The notes below the pieces were generated by a model. That model did no database searches. It worked only from the letters and a program-made list of their open reading frames with translations, and had not been told where the DNA came from. Shown one piece after another: positions 25,031-38,300 of a stretch of DNA of 64,000 nt. Within the stretch, counting starts at the first letter, position 1; each line of letters begins with the position of its first letter. Origin of the DNA: Mobula hypostoma (taxonomy: Eukaryota); NCBI RefSeq assembly GCF_963921235.1, contig NW_026948145.1, forward strand, positions 558,001 to 622,000, in the 5' to 3' direction. A program made the position numbers and the translations under genes.

Positions 25031-25844
25031 TGTTTGGCCCACTGTATGTTCCCTACTCCCCTCTTTGAACAGGAATTGGGGGCACATTTGTCATCCTCCA
25101 GTTATCCATCTGGCAGCACACTGGCGTTCCGGGAAGGTTTCAAAATCTGCCATGACTCCAGCCATCTCTTTCACCTTCCACAGCAGCTTGGGATAGGGTA
25201 TGTTCATTCTCCCCATGGAACGTGTGGGATTTCCTCCGGGTGCTCTGATTTCCCTCCACAGTCCAAACATGTAGTGATTGATAGGTTAATTTGTCATTGT
25301 AAATCGTCCTGTGATTAGGCTAGGGTTAAATCAGGAGATGCCGGGTGGCGAGGCTCAAAGGGCCAGTTCCACACCGTATCTCAATAAACAATCCCACCCA
25401 GACATCACGTCTCTTTGCTTAGAACTGAACACTTTCATCTTCCTCTCAGCGAGTTTAGCAGTTCCCTTTGTGAATGCCCAATCAAAGTATTCATTTAATC
25501 CCTCACCTACACTTTCTGGTTTTGTACAGATTGTCCCTAATGGACCTTGCTCTGTTCCTGGGCATTCTCTTGTCCTTAATATACTTACAAACCGTCTTCA
25601 GACCTGCCAGCCCTCTGATTTCTTTTTGCCTCCCTGACTTCCTTTGCAAGTCTCTCGCTACATTTTGTCTCCTCCTGTCATTAGTTCCCTACACCTCCCA
25701 CATGGTTCCTTTTTCCTCTTTATCCAACCCTCCAAATCACTCTAGATCCAGGTTCTGCACTTGTTATCCTTACAGGATTGCGTCAGCCCTCAACTTGCTG
25801 CTTTTACTCTGAATGCTTCCCACTGCGTAGATGTCACCTTACCT

Positions 25845-28500
25845 AAAAGTGGACAAACTCATGGTGCAATTAGAGATTGGGCAGTATGACGTTGTGGGCA
25901 TCACTGAGCTGTGGCTGAAAGGCCTTAATTGCGAGCTTATCAAAGGATACTTTGTACCGAAAGGACAGGCAAGAAAGCAAAGGCGATGGTGCGGCTCTGT
26001 TGGTAAGAGATGGAATTAAATTTTTAGGAGGTAACATAGCGTCAGAGAATGTTAATCTTTGTGGATGAAGTGAAGTAATTGCAAGGATGAAAAAAAATTA
26101 TGGGAATCGTATATCGGCCTTCAAATAGCAGCCAACATGTGACGTTGAGACTGCAAAGGGAGCTGGAAAGGGCATGTAACAAGGGTAATGTCACAATTGT
26201 AATGCAGGACTTCAAAATGCAAGGGGATTGGGAAAATCAGGTTGGTGTCAGATAGCAAAAGCCATTTTTAAATGCCTACAAGATGGCTTTTTAGAGCAGC
26301 TTGTGCTTGAGCCTACTCAGGAAAAGGCTATTGTAGATTGGGTGTTGTGCAATAACCCTAAAAGCTTAAAGTAAAGGAACCCTTAGGAGGCAGAGATCAT
26401 AAGATGATTGAATTTATACTGCAATTTCAGAGGGAGAAGCATAAGTCACATGTATCAGTATCACAATGGAATAAAGGGAATTCAGAGGCACGAGAGAAGA
26501 ACTTGTCCAGGTGGATTGGAGGAGGGTACTGGCGAGGATGACTGCAGAGTAGAGATGGCTGAAGTTTCTGAAAATGGTCTAAAAGGTGCAGAATAAATAC
26601 GTCCCACAGAGGAAGAAGGTCTCAAAGTGGCAGGGGTAGGCAACCATGGCTGACAAGGGAGGTTAAGGACTGCATAAAAGCCAATGAAAGGGCATACAAG
26701 GTAGCAAAAGTGAATGGGAAGTTGTATGATTGGGAAGCTTTATATTCCAACAAAAGGTAACTAAAAAAGGTACAATGGAAAAGATGAAACATGAGAACAA
26801 ACTAGCCAATAATATAAAGCAGGATACCAAAAGCTTTTTCAGTTATATATAAAGGGAGGTAAGAGTTGATACTGGACCTCTGGAAAAATATGCTAGTGAG
26901 GTAGTAATGGGGACCAAGAAATGGCAGATGAACTTAAAGGGCACTTTGCATCAGTCTTCACTGTGGAAGACACTGGCAGTGTGCCAGAGTGTCAGGGACT
27001 AGGAGTGCCATTGCCATTACAAAGGAAAAAGTGCTAGGCAAACTCAAAGGCTTAAGGTGGATAAGTCACCTGGACCAGATAGACTTCATCCCAGAGTCCT
27101 GAGAGAGATAACAGATGCATTGGTCATGATCTTTCAAGAATCACTTGATTCTGGCATGGACTGAAAGGACTGGAAGATTGCAAATGTCACTCCGCTCTTT
27201 AAGAAGGGAGGAAGGCAAAAGAAAGATAATTATAGGCCAGTTAGCCTAACCTCAGTGGTTGGGCAAGTGTTGGAGTCTATTATTAAGGATGAAGTTTTGG
27301 GGTATTTGGAGACTAATGACAAAATAAGTCAAAGTCAGCATGGTTTCTGTAAAGGGAAATCTTGTCTGACAAATCTGTTCGAGTTCTTTAAGGAAGTAAC
27401 TAGCAGGGTAGACAAAGGAGAAGCAGTGGGTGTCATTGATTTGGATTTTCAGAAGGCATTTGTAAGGTGCCACACAAGACTTGTTAACAAGGTAAAATCC
27501 CATGGCCTTACAGGAAAGATACTGCCATGGGTAGAGGAATGGCTGACAGGCAGGAGGCAGCGAGTGGGAATAAAGGGGGCCTTTTCTGGTTGGCTGCCAG
27601 TGACTGTGTTCCTCAGGTATTGGGACTGCAACTTTTCACATTGTTTGCCAATGATTTAGATAGTGGACTTGATGGCTTTGTGGCAAAATTTGCAAATGAT
27701 ACGGAGCTAGGTGGAGGGGTAGGTAGTGCTTAACGAAGCACTAAAAATGTGCAATAAAGTGGCAGATGTAATAGTGTTGGGAAATGTATGAAAATGCATT
27801 TTGGTAAAAAGGAATAGTGTGAACTATTATCTAAATGGGGAACAAATTCAAACATCAGCAGTGCAGAGGGAGTCGTGCAAGACTTCCAAGTTTACAGGTT
27901 GAGCCTGTGGTAAAAAAAGACAAATGTATGTTGGCATTCATTTCAAGGGAAACAGAATATAAAAGCAAGGCGATAACACTGAAGCTTTAAGACACTAGCC
28001 TGGCCACACTTGGGAGTATTATAAACAGTTTTGGGCCCCTTATATCAGAAACGAAGTTTTATTGTTGGGAGTGTCCAGAGTAGGTTCATGAAGATGATTC
28101 CAGGAATGAAGGGGTTAACATGAGGAGGCTTTGGCAGTTTTGGGCCTGTACTCACTGGAATTTAGAATGCATGTGGATCTCATTAAAACCTACGGAATGC
28201 TAAATTGAATAGATATCCTCTCCACATCCACTATGTTTCCTCTGGCAGGGGTATCCAGAAGGCAGAGCATCAAAAATTGAGGGGCAACCCTTTAGAACAG
28301 AGGAAACGATTTTTTTCCCCAGCCAGAAAGTGGTGAATCTGTGGAATGCTTTGCCACAGATTGCAGTGGAGGCCAAGTCCATGGGTATATTGAAAGCATT
28401 GGTCAGGGCAAAGGATATTGGGAGAAGGCAGATGTATGGGGTTGATGGAATGGTGGAGCAGACTCCACGGCTGAACGACCCAATTCTGCTCCTGCCTTAT
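25845..28500 (+). mobile_element. Degenerate CR1 LINE ORF2
   Basis: YDVVGITELWL, KSPGPD, SQHGFCKGKSCLTNL, LDFQKAF, KFANDT; many stops and frameshifts; CR1 tail. Confidence 0.85.
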
Positions 28501-28693
28501 ATACTTCTTGTAATTGATAGTTTTAAAATGTATTGCGGCCACAAAACTGATTTCATGACATGTTGCCAGCAGTATTAAACTTGATTGCAATTCTGATTCA
28601 ATAATTGCATGTTTTTAACTGAAAGCACATCTGTTTCCTCTGCTGATTGTTTGGAGTCTGTAACACACCCCTCGTAAGGTGACCATAGACCAT

Positions 28694-28820
28694 AGGTGGT
28701 GTAGTGGCATCAGCGCTGGATTTTCAGCAGATGGTCCTGGGTTCGAATCCGGCCAGCTCCCAGCTCAGGCAGCAGCAGTATCTGTGTGGAAGAAAGGCCT
28801 GGCAATCTACTTCCGTATAG
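28694..28820 (+). mobile_element. tRNA-derived SINE head
   Basis: A box TGGTGTAGTGG (28697-28707) and B box GGTTCGAATCC (28740-28750) without a clean cloverleaf. Confidence 0.6.
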
Positions 28821-29189
28821 ACTCACAACAAGTTGACAAAGCACTCAATGACAAGGTGACCATGTTTAATTTGTTTCAAGATATCCTGAACACAGAAGCA
28901 ATGCAGGTGCACGGGGCTGACCTGACTAGCAACTCAATGCCCCCTCCTTTTAGAGTAGGGGTTCCCAGGCATTGCTTTTAAATGTCATGGACGAATACCG
29001 TTAAGCAACGGTAAGCAGTTAAGCAATACCGTTAAGCAATCCGTGGATTGAGGGTCGGGAATCACAGAGCAATACTGCACAGGAGCAGATCCTTCAGTCC
29101 ATGTCAAACTAGTCCCATCTGCCCCCACCGGGACCAGAATCCTCCATGCCCCTGCCATCCACGTACTCACCCACACTTCTCTCAACTGT

Positions 29190-30220
29190 TGAAATTGAAC
29201 CTGCGTCCTCCACTTGTTCCATTCTCACAGCACCGAGTCAAGTTCTTCCTCAGGATTCTCTTAAATATCTCACCTTTCATGCTTAACCCATGACTTCTAG
29301 TTTCACCTAAACAGTGGAAAAAGACTGCTATCTAATTTTATATCTCTATCTAATCTCCCCTCATTCTCCTATGGTCCAGGGAATAAAGTCCCAACTTACT
29401 CAATCTTTCCCTACATCTCAGGTCAAGTCCCAATAGCATCCTTGTAGATTTTCTCTGCACTTTCAGATCCTATTGATATCTTTCTTGTAGATTGGTAACC
29501 AGAACTGCACATAATTCTCCAAATTCAGCCTCACCAGCATCTTGTACAACTACTGTAAGGAGTTTATATCTCCCCGTGACCATGTGGGTTTACTCACAAA
29601 GACGTACCAGTTGGTAGGTTAATTGGTCACTGTAAATAGTCCCATGATTAGGCTAGGATGAAACTGGGTGACTGCTGGGCGGCGCAGCTCAAAGGGCTGG
29701 AACCTGTTCTGTGCTGTACGTCAATAACATATTGATTTATGAAGGCCAATGTGCCAAAAGCTCTACAACCATCCACCTGTAACACTTTCAAGGAATTATG
29801 GATCTGTACACCTAGATTCCTGTTCTGCTATACTCCTCAGTACCCATTTACTATGCAAGTTTTAACGTGGTTTATCAACCCCAAGTGCAACACCTCACAT
29901 TTGTCTGCATTAAATTCCAAGTCATTTTTCTAGCTGGTCCAGATCATGCTGCAAGCTTTGATAATCTTCCTTGCATTTCACTACGCCAATTCTGGTCACC
30001 TGCTAATTTACTGACCCAGTTTACCACATTATTGATACAGATGACAAACGATGGATCCAATACCAATCCCTGCAGCACACCACGAGTCAGAGGCAACCAT
30101 CGACCACTCTTCGCTGGCTTCTCATGCAAGGTCAACGTGGAAATCTAATTTACTACCTCCACTGCAATTTCAAGAGACCGCAACTTCTCGTTTTGTCTGA
30201 ACCTGCCATGTGGGACCTTG
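29190..30220 (-). mobile_element. Decayed CR1 fragment with a V-SINE-like insert (about 29555-29730)
   Basis: LTRGVLQGLVL..NWVSKLAGD; the GGTAGGTTAATTGGTCACTGTAAA SINE core recurs at 7800, 25280 and 52870. Confidence 0.6.
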
Positions 30221-31654
30221 TCTTTCACATTGCTTCTACCCCAGTCAAAACTTCTACACCCTGGAATAATACCACTCTTTCAGCTATGTCACAAAGCAAG
30301 TCCCACATCATAATTAAAGTTCTGGGTTCACTTGCACCCCTCGACTCCTTGCAAAGGGACAGGTAGCTAAATAGATGTAATTTAGCTAACTGCTTCCACC
30401 TTATTTTAATCTTTCCCCAGCACTGGTAACTGTCCCAGTAAAAACACTGATCTCATTGTGGCTAAGCTGCAACCTATCCCATTTGTACTGAACTCACTTT
30501 CTCCCGAAACGGTTCCCGCGATCTGGAGACCCAAAACCTATCCTCCTGCAGCCACAGATTCACCCGACCTGCCCGATGAGCTCCTGGCACCAGAAGCAAT
30601 GCAGAGATGACTCTCCCTCTTCTGTTCTGTAAAAGTTTACCGGCAGTTCCATAAACACACAACAGGATCTCAACATCCTCCAATTCCTCTTTCTTCTCCA
30701 TTACTCTGCCATCAGTGGCTGGGACACCTGAACTCACAAATCCATCTGAACACCATTGCCACGTCTCTCCCTCACCCATCACAAATCCACCTACTCCTTC
30801 TACAGAAGTAACCAAGGTAAAGAACTCAAAACATGTTTCCCCGTGTCTCTTGGATCTCTCAGTCAGGGCCTCTCCAACAGACACTGACCACCAGATGCGG
30901 GCTAATGCCCAGGGTGACGGAAGCCCAATCTCGCCACCTTTCATTCTATTTAACCCACCAATAAACCCTGTTGCAACACCCCCCCCCCCACATCGTACAC
31001 CGGGGTCACCCATGCTCCCTCTGCAATTCAGTCCTTGCTCCTGTCAGTTGGGCATGGCCCTCAAGCTGAGAGGCTGGGATCTGGAAGCCTCTGAGTACAC
31101 ATGGACCCCTCCATTCCAGAGCTACCAGAGCTACGTACTCAGCCAGGGTGGGGAAAGACTTGGCTGCTGCTCCCCCATCACACAAGTGATGAACTGGCAA
31201 GTGTCCAACTTACTGACTGCAACATTTTATCCCAGACCCTACCCAGAGCAGCGGTGAGTGTGATCTCCACTGTCAGTCCGTCCGTCAGCGCAGCAGCCAG
31301 GGTCCACTGGCCCATTCAGCCCTGCTAGACAGGGACAAGAGATACCTCAACCCCTCCCCAGCCTGTCACAAAGTAGCTCCAGGCCAGTTGTGGTGAGGTA
31401 ATGAGCGTGGGGGGTGGTGGGAGGAGGGAGAAATCTCAGAAGCCCCTGTTTACAACCATACAGTTTAATAATCACATTAGCAGTCACAAACGTTACACAA
31501 AGATCTAATTCAGGACCCAGGACCAAAATAACTGGCTCCCGGGGATAACCCACTACACGAACCGTGTCCAAGGGTGACAGCACAATGCCTTCCCAGTCGG
31601 GCAGCAGCTGGGGCTGAGACAAAACAGGGATTGAGCAGCCCAGCTGGGACCGGG

Positions 31655-31822
31655 CTAGGAAACCAAGACTCCGGTGCCCCCAGTCCTGCTGCTGGAGTCA
31701 CTGTCACGAGCTGACTTCTCCTCCTCGTTCATCAGCCGGATGTTGTACTTCTCCCGGTACTCTGTCAGCTCTCGGCCCTTGCTCTGGATCTGGGCGTTCA
31801 GCGATTCGATCAGCTTCACCAG
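31655..31822 (-). CDS. PFDN2: PFDN2 last exon
   Basis: ctgcag|CTG..GTT TCC TAG. Confidence 0.93.
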   Translation of the reverse strand: MVKLIESLNAQIQSKGRELTEYREKYNIRLMNEEEKSARDSDSSSRTGGTGVLVS

Positions 31823-34772
31823 CTGCAGGAGGGGAGAGTAGCGTTAACACAGTCCACAACACAATGACATCCCAAACTCCCAGTGATCCAGGACACCTAT
31901 CTAGCAGGGGAACCACATCCAAGTGAGCACAGAGGGAGATGGTGACTGAGACCACTTGGGTTTCCTGCTCTGGTTCAAGGCCACTGCTCAGAGCACTGGG
32001 TTAACATTTTACATGGGTGGAGAACTGCAGAGACACACCTGAAACAGGCCCTTCAGCCCAGAGTCTATGCTATCAATCACCCACTTACACGGATCTTTTA
32101 CCAATGCAATTCCTCTCAAATTCCCCCAGATTTGACACCTCACCCGTACGCTAGGGGACAATATACAGCAGCCACTGACAGAAACCTTTGCGATGTGGGA
32201 GGAAATCCTGAGCATCTCGGCAGAAGCCACAGGGGGAACGTGCAAATTCCACCAGAGATCAGCACGGAAGCCAGGACTCTGGAATTGGGGGCAACAGGAC
32301 TAGCTGCTGCACCGTGCCGTCAAGATGCACAATTCACTTTAAGACCACTGTGGTGCCACTGGGCACAGGGCAATCAGCGGCTTAGCCAAAGGGCCCTGCA
32401 GCCAGCTTGACTGATGTCACAAGGTGGAGTTGCTGGCACTGTGGCATACAAGCTGGGCAGGCAGCAGCTGAAAAGCTCCCACACATGCATAGCCTTTATT
32501 GCCCCACAACTGGAACAAAGATAGACAAGAACAAGTTCACAAAACAAGAAGTTTTTCGTTGTACTGCATTTCATCATTATTTGTTTGATATGTGCCGTGT
32601 CGTATGGCGCCACTGATCATTGTCGTTCCATGACCATGATCGTTCTTGGCAAATTTTCCCCACAAAAGTGGTTTGCCGTTGCCTTCTTCTGGGCAGTGTC
32701 TTTACAAGGCGGGTGACCCCAGCCATTGTCGATACTCTTCAGAGATTATCTGCCTGGCGTCACTGGTCACATAACCAGGACTTGTGATGTACACCACCCG
32801 CTCGCAAGGCTTCATGTGACCAAGGGTGACCTGCAGCCTAGCAGAGGGAAGGAGTGCCGTTGGCAGAGGTGCATTTCTACTCCGCCACCCATTTCATTAT
32901 ACCCTTCAAATTAAATAGAATTATGCAAGTTTTCAATTTTCATTCAAAATATTGGTAGTATGAATATTACAAAAAAAAATTTAAAATTTCGTGCAGTTTT
33001 CAGGTCGTGTAAAAATTTCCTGGTCAGAGCAAGGGTTGGCCCACGCAACTGTTTACAAGAAAAATTAGAGAACGTTGTTTGCTGAGAACAAGTAAATAGA
33101 GGGGTGACAATGCAGAGCCAGTTTCCCCTCCAACTCACCTGTAAACCTGCTAACAGAACCGGTCAGTGCACACAGCAAGAGCCCATGGGAGGAAGCGAGG
33201 GGGAATGGGGAATGGGTGCTTGTATGACTGGAGCTGTTACCCATCTGATCCACAGGGTCAGTGCTCCATCCCTCACTGCGTTGTAGACAGGGATGGTTTA
33301 GAGGTCTGCATGAAGTGGTTTGCTGTGGGACATGAATGAACTGGGTGGAGGAGGAGTACAGGCAGTTCAGCGCAGAGGGATGCGAGGTGATGTGAAAAGG
33401 TGCAGTCACAGATCCCTAAAGGATCAGGACAGTGACATAGTGGGTTACAAAGGTAGATTGCTCATCTGAGACAAGGCATTACATTCACTTAATTTAGCAA
33501 TACAGTGTGGAGTTGCCCCTTTGAGCCTCGGCAACCCCACAACCCCAATTAACCATAACTTAATCCTGGGAAATTTACAATGGCCAATTAACCCTACCCG
33601 GTACATCTTTGGACCTGCCCAACTACCTCACCTGCTGCCGGTTGTTCTCCAGGGCTGGGAGAACCTCCCTCACCGTCCGTTCCACCAGCACACCCCCCAC
33701 CATACGGTAACACTTGCGGCTGGGATCCACCTCTGCCAGGGTTTCAATGACGAGTCTGGGTGGGGAAGAGAGGAGGAGGGAGTGAGAGATTGCTCGCCAC
33801 CACCATTTTAATGAGCTACTCAACCCCTCCCCCAATCTCTGTTTTAAAAGAAGCTTCTTCCCTTTGTGGTCAGATTTCTAAACTTTATACAAACACACTG
33901 TTCTACTCTTGCACTACTTTATGTGATACATTAATTTTTGATGTCTTGCACCACACAATAATTTTCCCACTGTACGTAAGAGATAACCACTCTGATTCTA
34001 ATGCCCACTCTCCCCATTCCCCTCAAATAAAACCCCTCCCTCTACACATACTTGACACCCCATATCCTCCCCCAGTACACACAAACCCCCGATCATTCTG
34101 CCATCTCCACTCCCACCAATCCTAAAGTCAATCACTCAGCAAACAGACCCTTTGGCCCATCCGGTCCATACTCACCAAGATGGCTACCCAAGAAAAACAC
34201 ATTTGCCTGTATCATATCCCCCTATCTGTATACTTGACCAAATAACTTTAATGCTGTAACTACCACTTCGTCTGCCAGTTCATTCCACATTCCCACTAGC
34301 CCGTGTGGAAATCCCACTTCCAATCTTTCCCCTCTCGCCTTAAACCGTTTGGCCTCCCCTAGCCAGCCAAAGTTATTGGGAGCATCCATTTTATCTGTCC
34401 CCATCGTGGTCTCATGGGTCTCCTACCCTTCCAACAAAGAGCCCCAGTCTCTTCTCCTAAGCCAGGCTCATCTGTTGTGTATCATCTCCAGCTCAGTGAC
34501 TTTGCAGGATGGCCAGATCTGTACAAGATAGCACGAATGTGGCTCAGCCACCCTCTGCTCCCCGCCCACACGCACCCGTGCTCCACCACTTCCTGCTCCA
34601 GCTCCGCTCCCTTCCCGACCAGGTTGCGCTGCTCCTGTCGCAGACGATTGAAGCCGGCCAGCACCTGCTCGGGAGTAGGCCCGGAGCCGGAACCTGTGCC
34701 CGGAGCTCGGGGCCGACCTCCCGACGCGGGCCCAGCGGTACGAGCACCACCAAAACCGGCTCCGCTCTCCAT
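31655..34772 (-). CDS. PFDN2: Prefoldin subunit 2, 162 aa; complement(join(31655..31822,33632..33755,34576..34772))
   Basis: EQVLAGFNRLRQEQR..ELEQEVVEHG|LVIETLAEVDPSRKCYRMVGGVLVERTVREVLPALENNRQQ|LVKLIESL..KGRELTEYREKYNIRL..GVLVS*; GT-AG and in phase; ATTAAA on the minus strand at 31464-31469. Confidence 0.95.
33632..33755 (-). CDS. PFDN2: PFDN2 exon 2 (124 nt)
   Basis: cccag|A CTC..CAG|gtgagg; RKCYRMVGGVLVERTV. Confidence 0.95.
34576..34772 (-). CDS. PFDN2: PFDN2 exon 1
   Basis: gggATGG start; ends CAC GG|gtgcgt. Confidence 0.88.
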
Positions 34773-35360
34773 CCCGCGGAGGCGGCGACTGGCAGCGCCG
34801 AACGTGCGCCGCCTTTTATAGACGTCCGCCCACCGCAGGTAGCCCCTGCAAGCGCCTGTTGGGGCTTTCCCACCTGACCGTTCGAGGATGGGGGAAAAAA
34901 CACAGCTGCCGCTGCTTCATAGTGGTAAATAATCTCATTCTGACTGGCCGCCTCCCGTTTCCTTCGGCCCTCATAAATAAAAGTAAAGGTGATAGGATTT
35001 TAGCCAGCTAAACCCGCCAGGACCCCACCCGTCGCCCCGGAATCGGGCAGCCATCTTCCCGTCTCGCTAATGCTCCTTCTGCGGTTTGCAAGAAGAATCG
35101 GCGGGTAATTCCAGTAACGCTGTCGCATTCCAGAGAATATTTTCTGTGTGGATGCTGTCGAAGCTCTGGGTTTGATTGTGGCAAAGTGATTTTTTTAAAA
35201 AAGTTAGGCATTGGTTCTGTGGAAAAGACCCTGACTCAGCCGAGTGCGGTTGTGATGACGTCACCATAGTTGGAGCGGAACGGGCGAGATTTTAATACAG
35301 CCGCTGCCAATCAGCGAGGAGGGCGGGCTCAGGCTGACAATCAGCCAATTAGAAGGCGAG
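34773..35360. promoter_or_regulatory. Bidirectional PFDN2/NIT1 CpG-rich promoter
   Basis: TATAAAAG on minus (34813-34820), YY1-like GCCATCTT (35050-35057), TGACTCAGC (35232-35240), CRE TGACGTCA (35256-35263), CCAAT at 35307 and 35345, GC box at 35321. Confidence 0.75.
35070..35104 (+). CDS. NIT1: Candidate NIT1 exon 1 encoding a mitochondrial-presequence-like leader (MLLLRFARRIG)
   Basis: Phase-2 donor GG|gtaatt fits the phase-2 acceptor at 37581; Arg-rich with no acidic residues. Confidence 0.55.
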
Positions 35361-38300
35361 GATGGGAAATCATTCCCTGCCTACCCCTCATCTCTGTACC
35401 ACCCATGGCTGCTAGTCCTTCCTCGGACTCCTACCAACTTGCCCATCGCACTGATTCAGCCCCATGGTCCGTAACCACCTGCTCCTGGACCCTGACCCCA
35501 GCATCTTGGGACTTTGACCCATCACTCAAACTTTCAACACCCCTACCCTGGTTCTCTCCCGATCCCACTCCCTTATTAGCCCTACCCTGATCCACTGCCT
35601 CCCCACTTGACTTCTCCCATCACCACACTCCCTTCCCCTGTTACATCCTGTCCTGTGTGTCCCTCGCTTGGTCCCTCTACGATCTCAGTGCCCAGGGACA
35701 GACCCATCTGTGTGGGAAGGGTCTTTTGCTTGGGGTAGGGAGGGACCCACTATACAGTGCCTCTAAAAAGTATTCAATCCCCTTTGAAATTTTCATGTTT
35801 TATGGTTTTACAACATTGAATCACAGTAAATTTAGTTTGGATTTAAACGCAAACAACAGGAATTCTGCAGATGCTGGAAATTCAAGCAACACACATCAAA
35901 GTTGCTGGTGAACTCAGCAGGCCAGGCAGCACCTTCAAGGGTCTCAGCCTGAAACGTCGACTGCACCTCTTCCTACAGATGCTGCCTGGCCTGCTGAATT
36001 TAGTTTGGCTTTTTTTTGAGACTGAACAACAGAAGAGGACGCTTTCAAGTAAAAGTGAAAACAGATCTCTACAATGTGATCTAAATCAATTACAAATATA
36101 AAACACAAAATAATTTATTGCATAAGTATTCACCCCATTCAAGTCAGTGTTTAGTAGATGCACTAATGGCAGCATTGAGTCTGTGTGGATAGGTCTCGAT
36201 CACCTTTGCACATCTGGACACTGCAATTTTTCCTCATTCTTCTTTACAAAACTGCTCAAACTCTGTCAGATTGCATTGGGATCATGAGTGAACAGCCCTT
36301 TTCAAGTCCAGCCACAAATTGCTTGGGGTCATTGTCTTGCTGGAAAACAAATCTTCTCCCAAGTCACAGTTCTCTTGCAGATTGCATCATGTTTTCCTTT
36401 AGGATTTCCCTGTATTTTGATGCATTCATTTTACCCTGTACCTTCACAAGCCTTGTAGGGCCTACTGCAGAGAAACATCCCCACAGCATGATACAGCCAC
36501 CACTATGCTTCACGGCAGAGATGGGGTATTTTTGAAGATGTGCGATGTTTGGCTTATGACAAACATAGCATTTAGCCCGATGGTCAAAAAGCTCAAATTT
36601 GGTTTCATCAGATCATTGAACCATCTTCCAGCTGACTTCAGAGTCTCCCAAATGCCTTCTGGTAAGCTCTAGCTGAGATTTCATGTAGGTTTTTTTCAAC
36701 AGTGGCTTTTTCTTTGCCACTCTTCCATAAAACTGACTACTGAAGCACTTGGGCAACAGTTATTGTATGCACAGTCTCTCCCATCTCAGCCTCTGAACCT
36801 TGTAACTCCTCCAGAGTTGTCATGGGTCTCTGTGGCCTCCCTCACTCGTTCCCTTGCACAGTCACTCAGTTTTTGAGGATGGTCTCCTTGAGGCAAATTT
36901 ACTGCTGTGTCATATTCTTTCCATTTCTTAATGATTGACTTAACCAAGGGATACTCAGTGACTTGGAAATGTTCTTGTATCCTTCTCCTGACTTGTACTT
37001 TTCAATAACCTTTTGGTGGAGTTGCTTGGAGTGTTCTTTTGTCTTCATGGTGTAGGTTTTGCCAGGATACTGACTCTCCAGTAATTGGACCTTCCAGATA
37101 CAGGTGTGTTTTCACTATTCACTTGAAACACCTTGACTCCAAAAACAGATCTCCATTTAATTAATTACGTACATGACTTATAAAACCAAGTGGCTGCACC
37201 AGTGATCTTCTGGTGTGTCATATTAAAGGAGGTGAATACTTAAGCAATCAATTATTTTGTGTTTTATATTTCTAATCAGTTTAGATCACTTTGTACAGAT
37301 CTGTTTTCACCTGGACACAAGAGTCTTTTTCTGTTGATCAGTATCAAAAAAAGTCAAATTCAATCCACTGTGATTCAAAATTGTAAAACAATAAAACATG
37401 AAAACTTCCTGGGGTGGGATGATTACTTTTTATAGGCACTGTGTTTGAGTTTGCTGGAGTCTATTTATAAGGGATGTACATTATTTGAAAGTATGGTGGT
37501 ATTTGTGTGAGGGCTGTGGGAGAGAGGGAGGGAGGGTGAGGCTGTTTACTGACAAACTCTCCTTTCCTCTCCTGGGGCAGGACCTTGGCCATGTCCAGCT
37601 CCCGGAGGGCCCTGATTGGAGTGGGCCAGATGACCGCCTCCGCAGACAAGGAGCACAATTTCCAGCAGTGCCAGGAGCTGGTGAGGGTGGGGGCAGCCCG
37701 TGGGGTCCGCATGCTCTTCCTGCCTGAGGCCTTCGATTACATCGCACCCAGCACTGAGGAAACCCTCCACCTCGCCGAGGGTCTTGAGGGGGAGCTGGTA
37801 GAGAGATACCGGCAGCTGGCCAGGTAGGCCTCCTTGACCCTCTGTATTTGCCACTTATCTCCGTTCCCCCAATCCCCCTCCATCTCCCTCATTCCCCTTG
37901 TCCCCTCAGTACTCCTCATTCCCCTTGTCCCCTCAGTACTCCTCATTCCCCATGTTCCCCTCCATCCCCCTCATTCCCTCCTTCATTCCCTTCATTCTCA
38001 CTGTCCCTCTCCATCTCCACTGTCCTCCTCCAACCCCTAATTCCCTCCACCCCCTCATTCCTTCCTTGCCCTCGTCCTCACTGTCCCTCACCATCTTCAC
38101 TGTTCTCTCCAATCCCTCATTCCCTCCATCCCTCTTCCCCTAACACAGTCTCCCCTCGTTCTCCTCTGTCTCATTCGTCCCTCCATCTCTCTCGTTCCTC
38201 TCCGACCCGATCGTCGCCTTTGTCAGCCTCGTCCCCCTCTGTCCCTCTTCATCCCTCAGTTCCCATTAACAACCTTCCCCATCCCTCTGCATTGTCTCTC

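Noticed and set aside
28694-28760. tRNA gene
   Set aside because: A and B boxes are present but there is no consistent acceptor or anticodon stem; better explained as a SINE head
35405-35470. Alternative NIT1 first coding exon MAASPSS..
   Set aside because: Weak donor and phase 0, incompatible with the phase-2 acceptor at 37581
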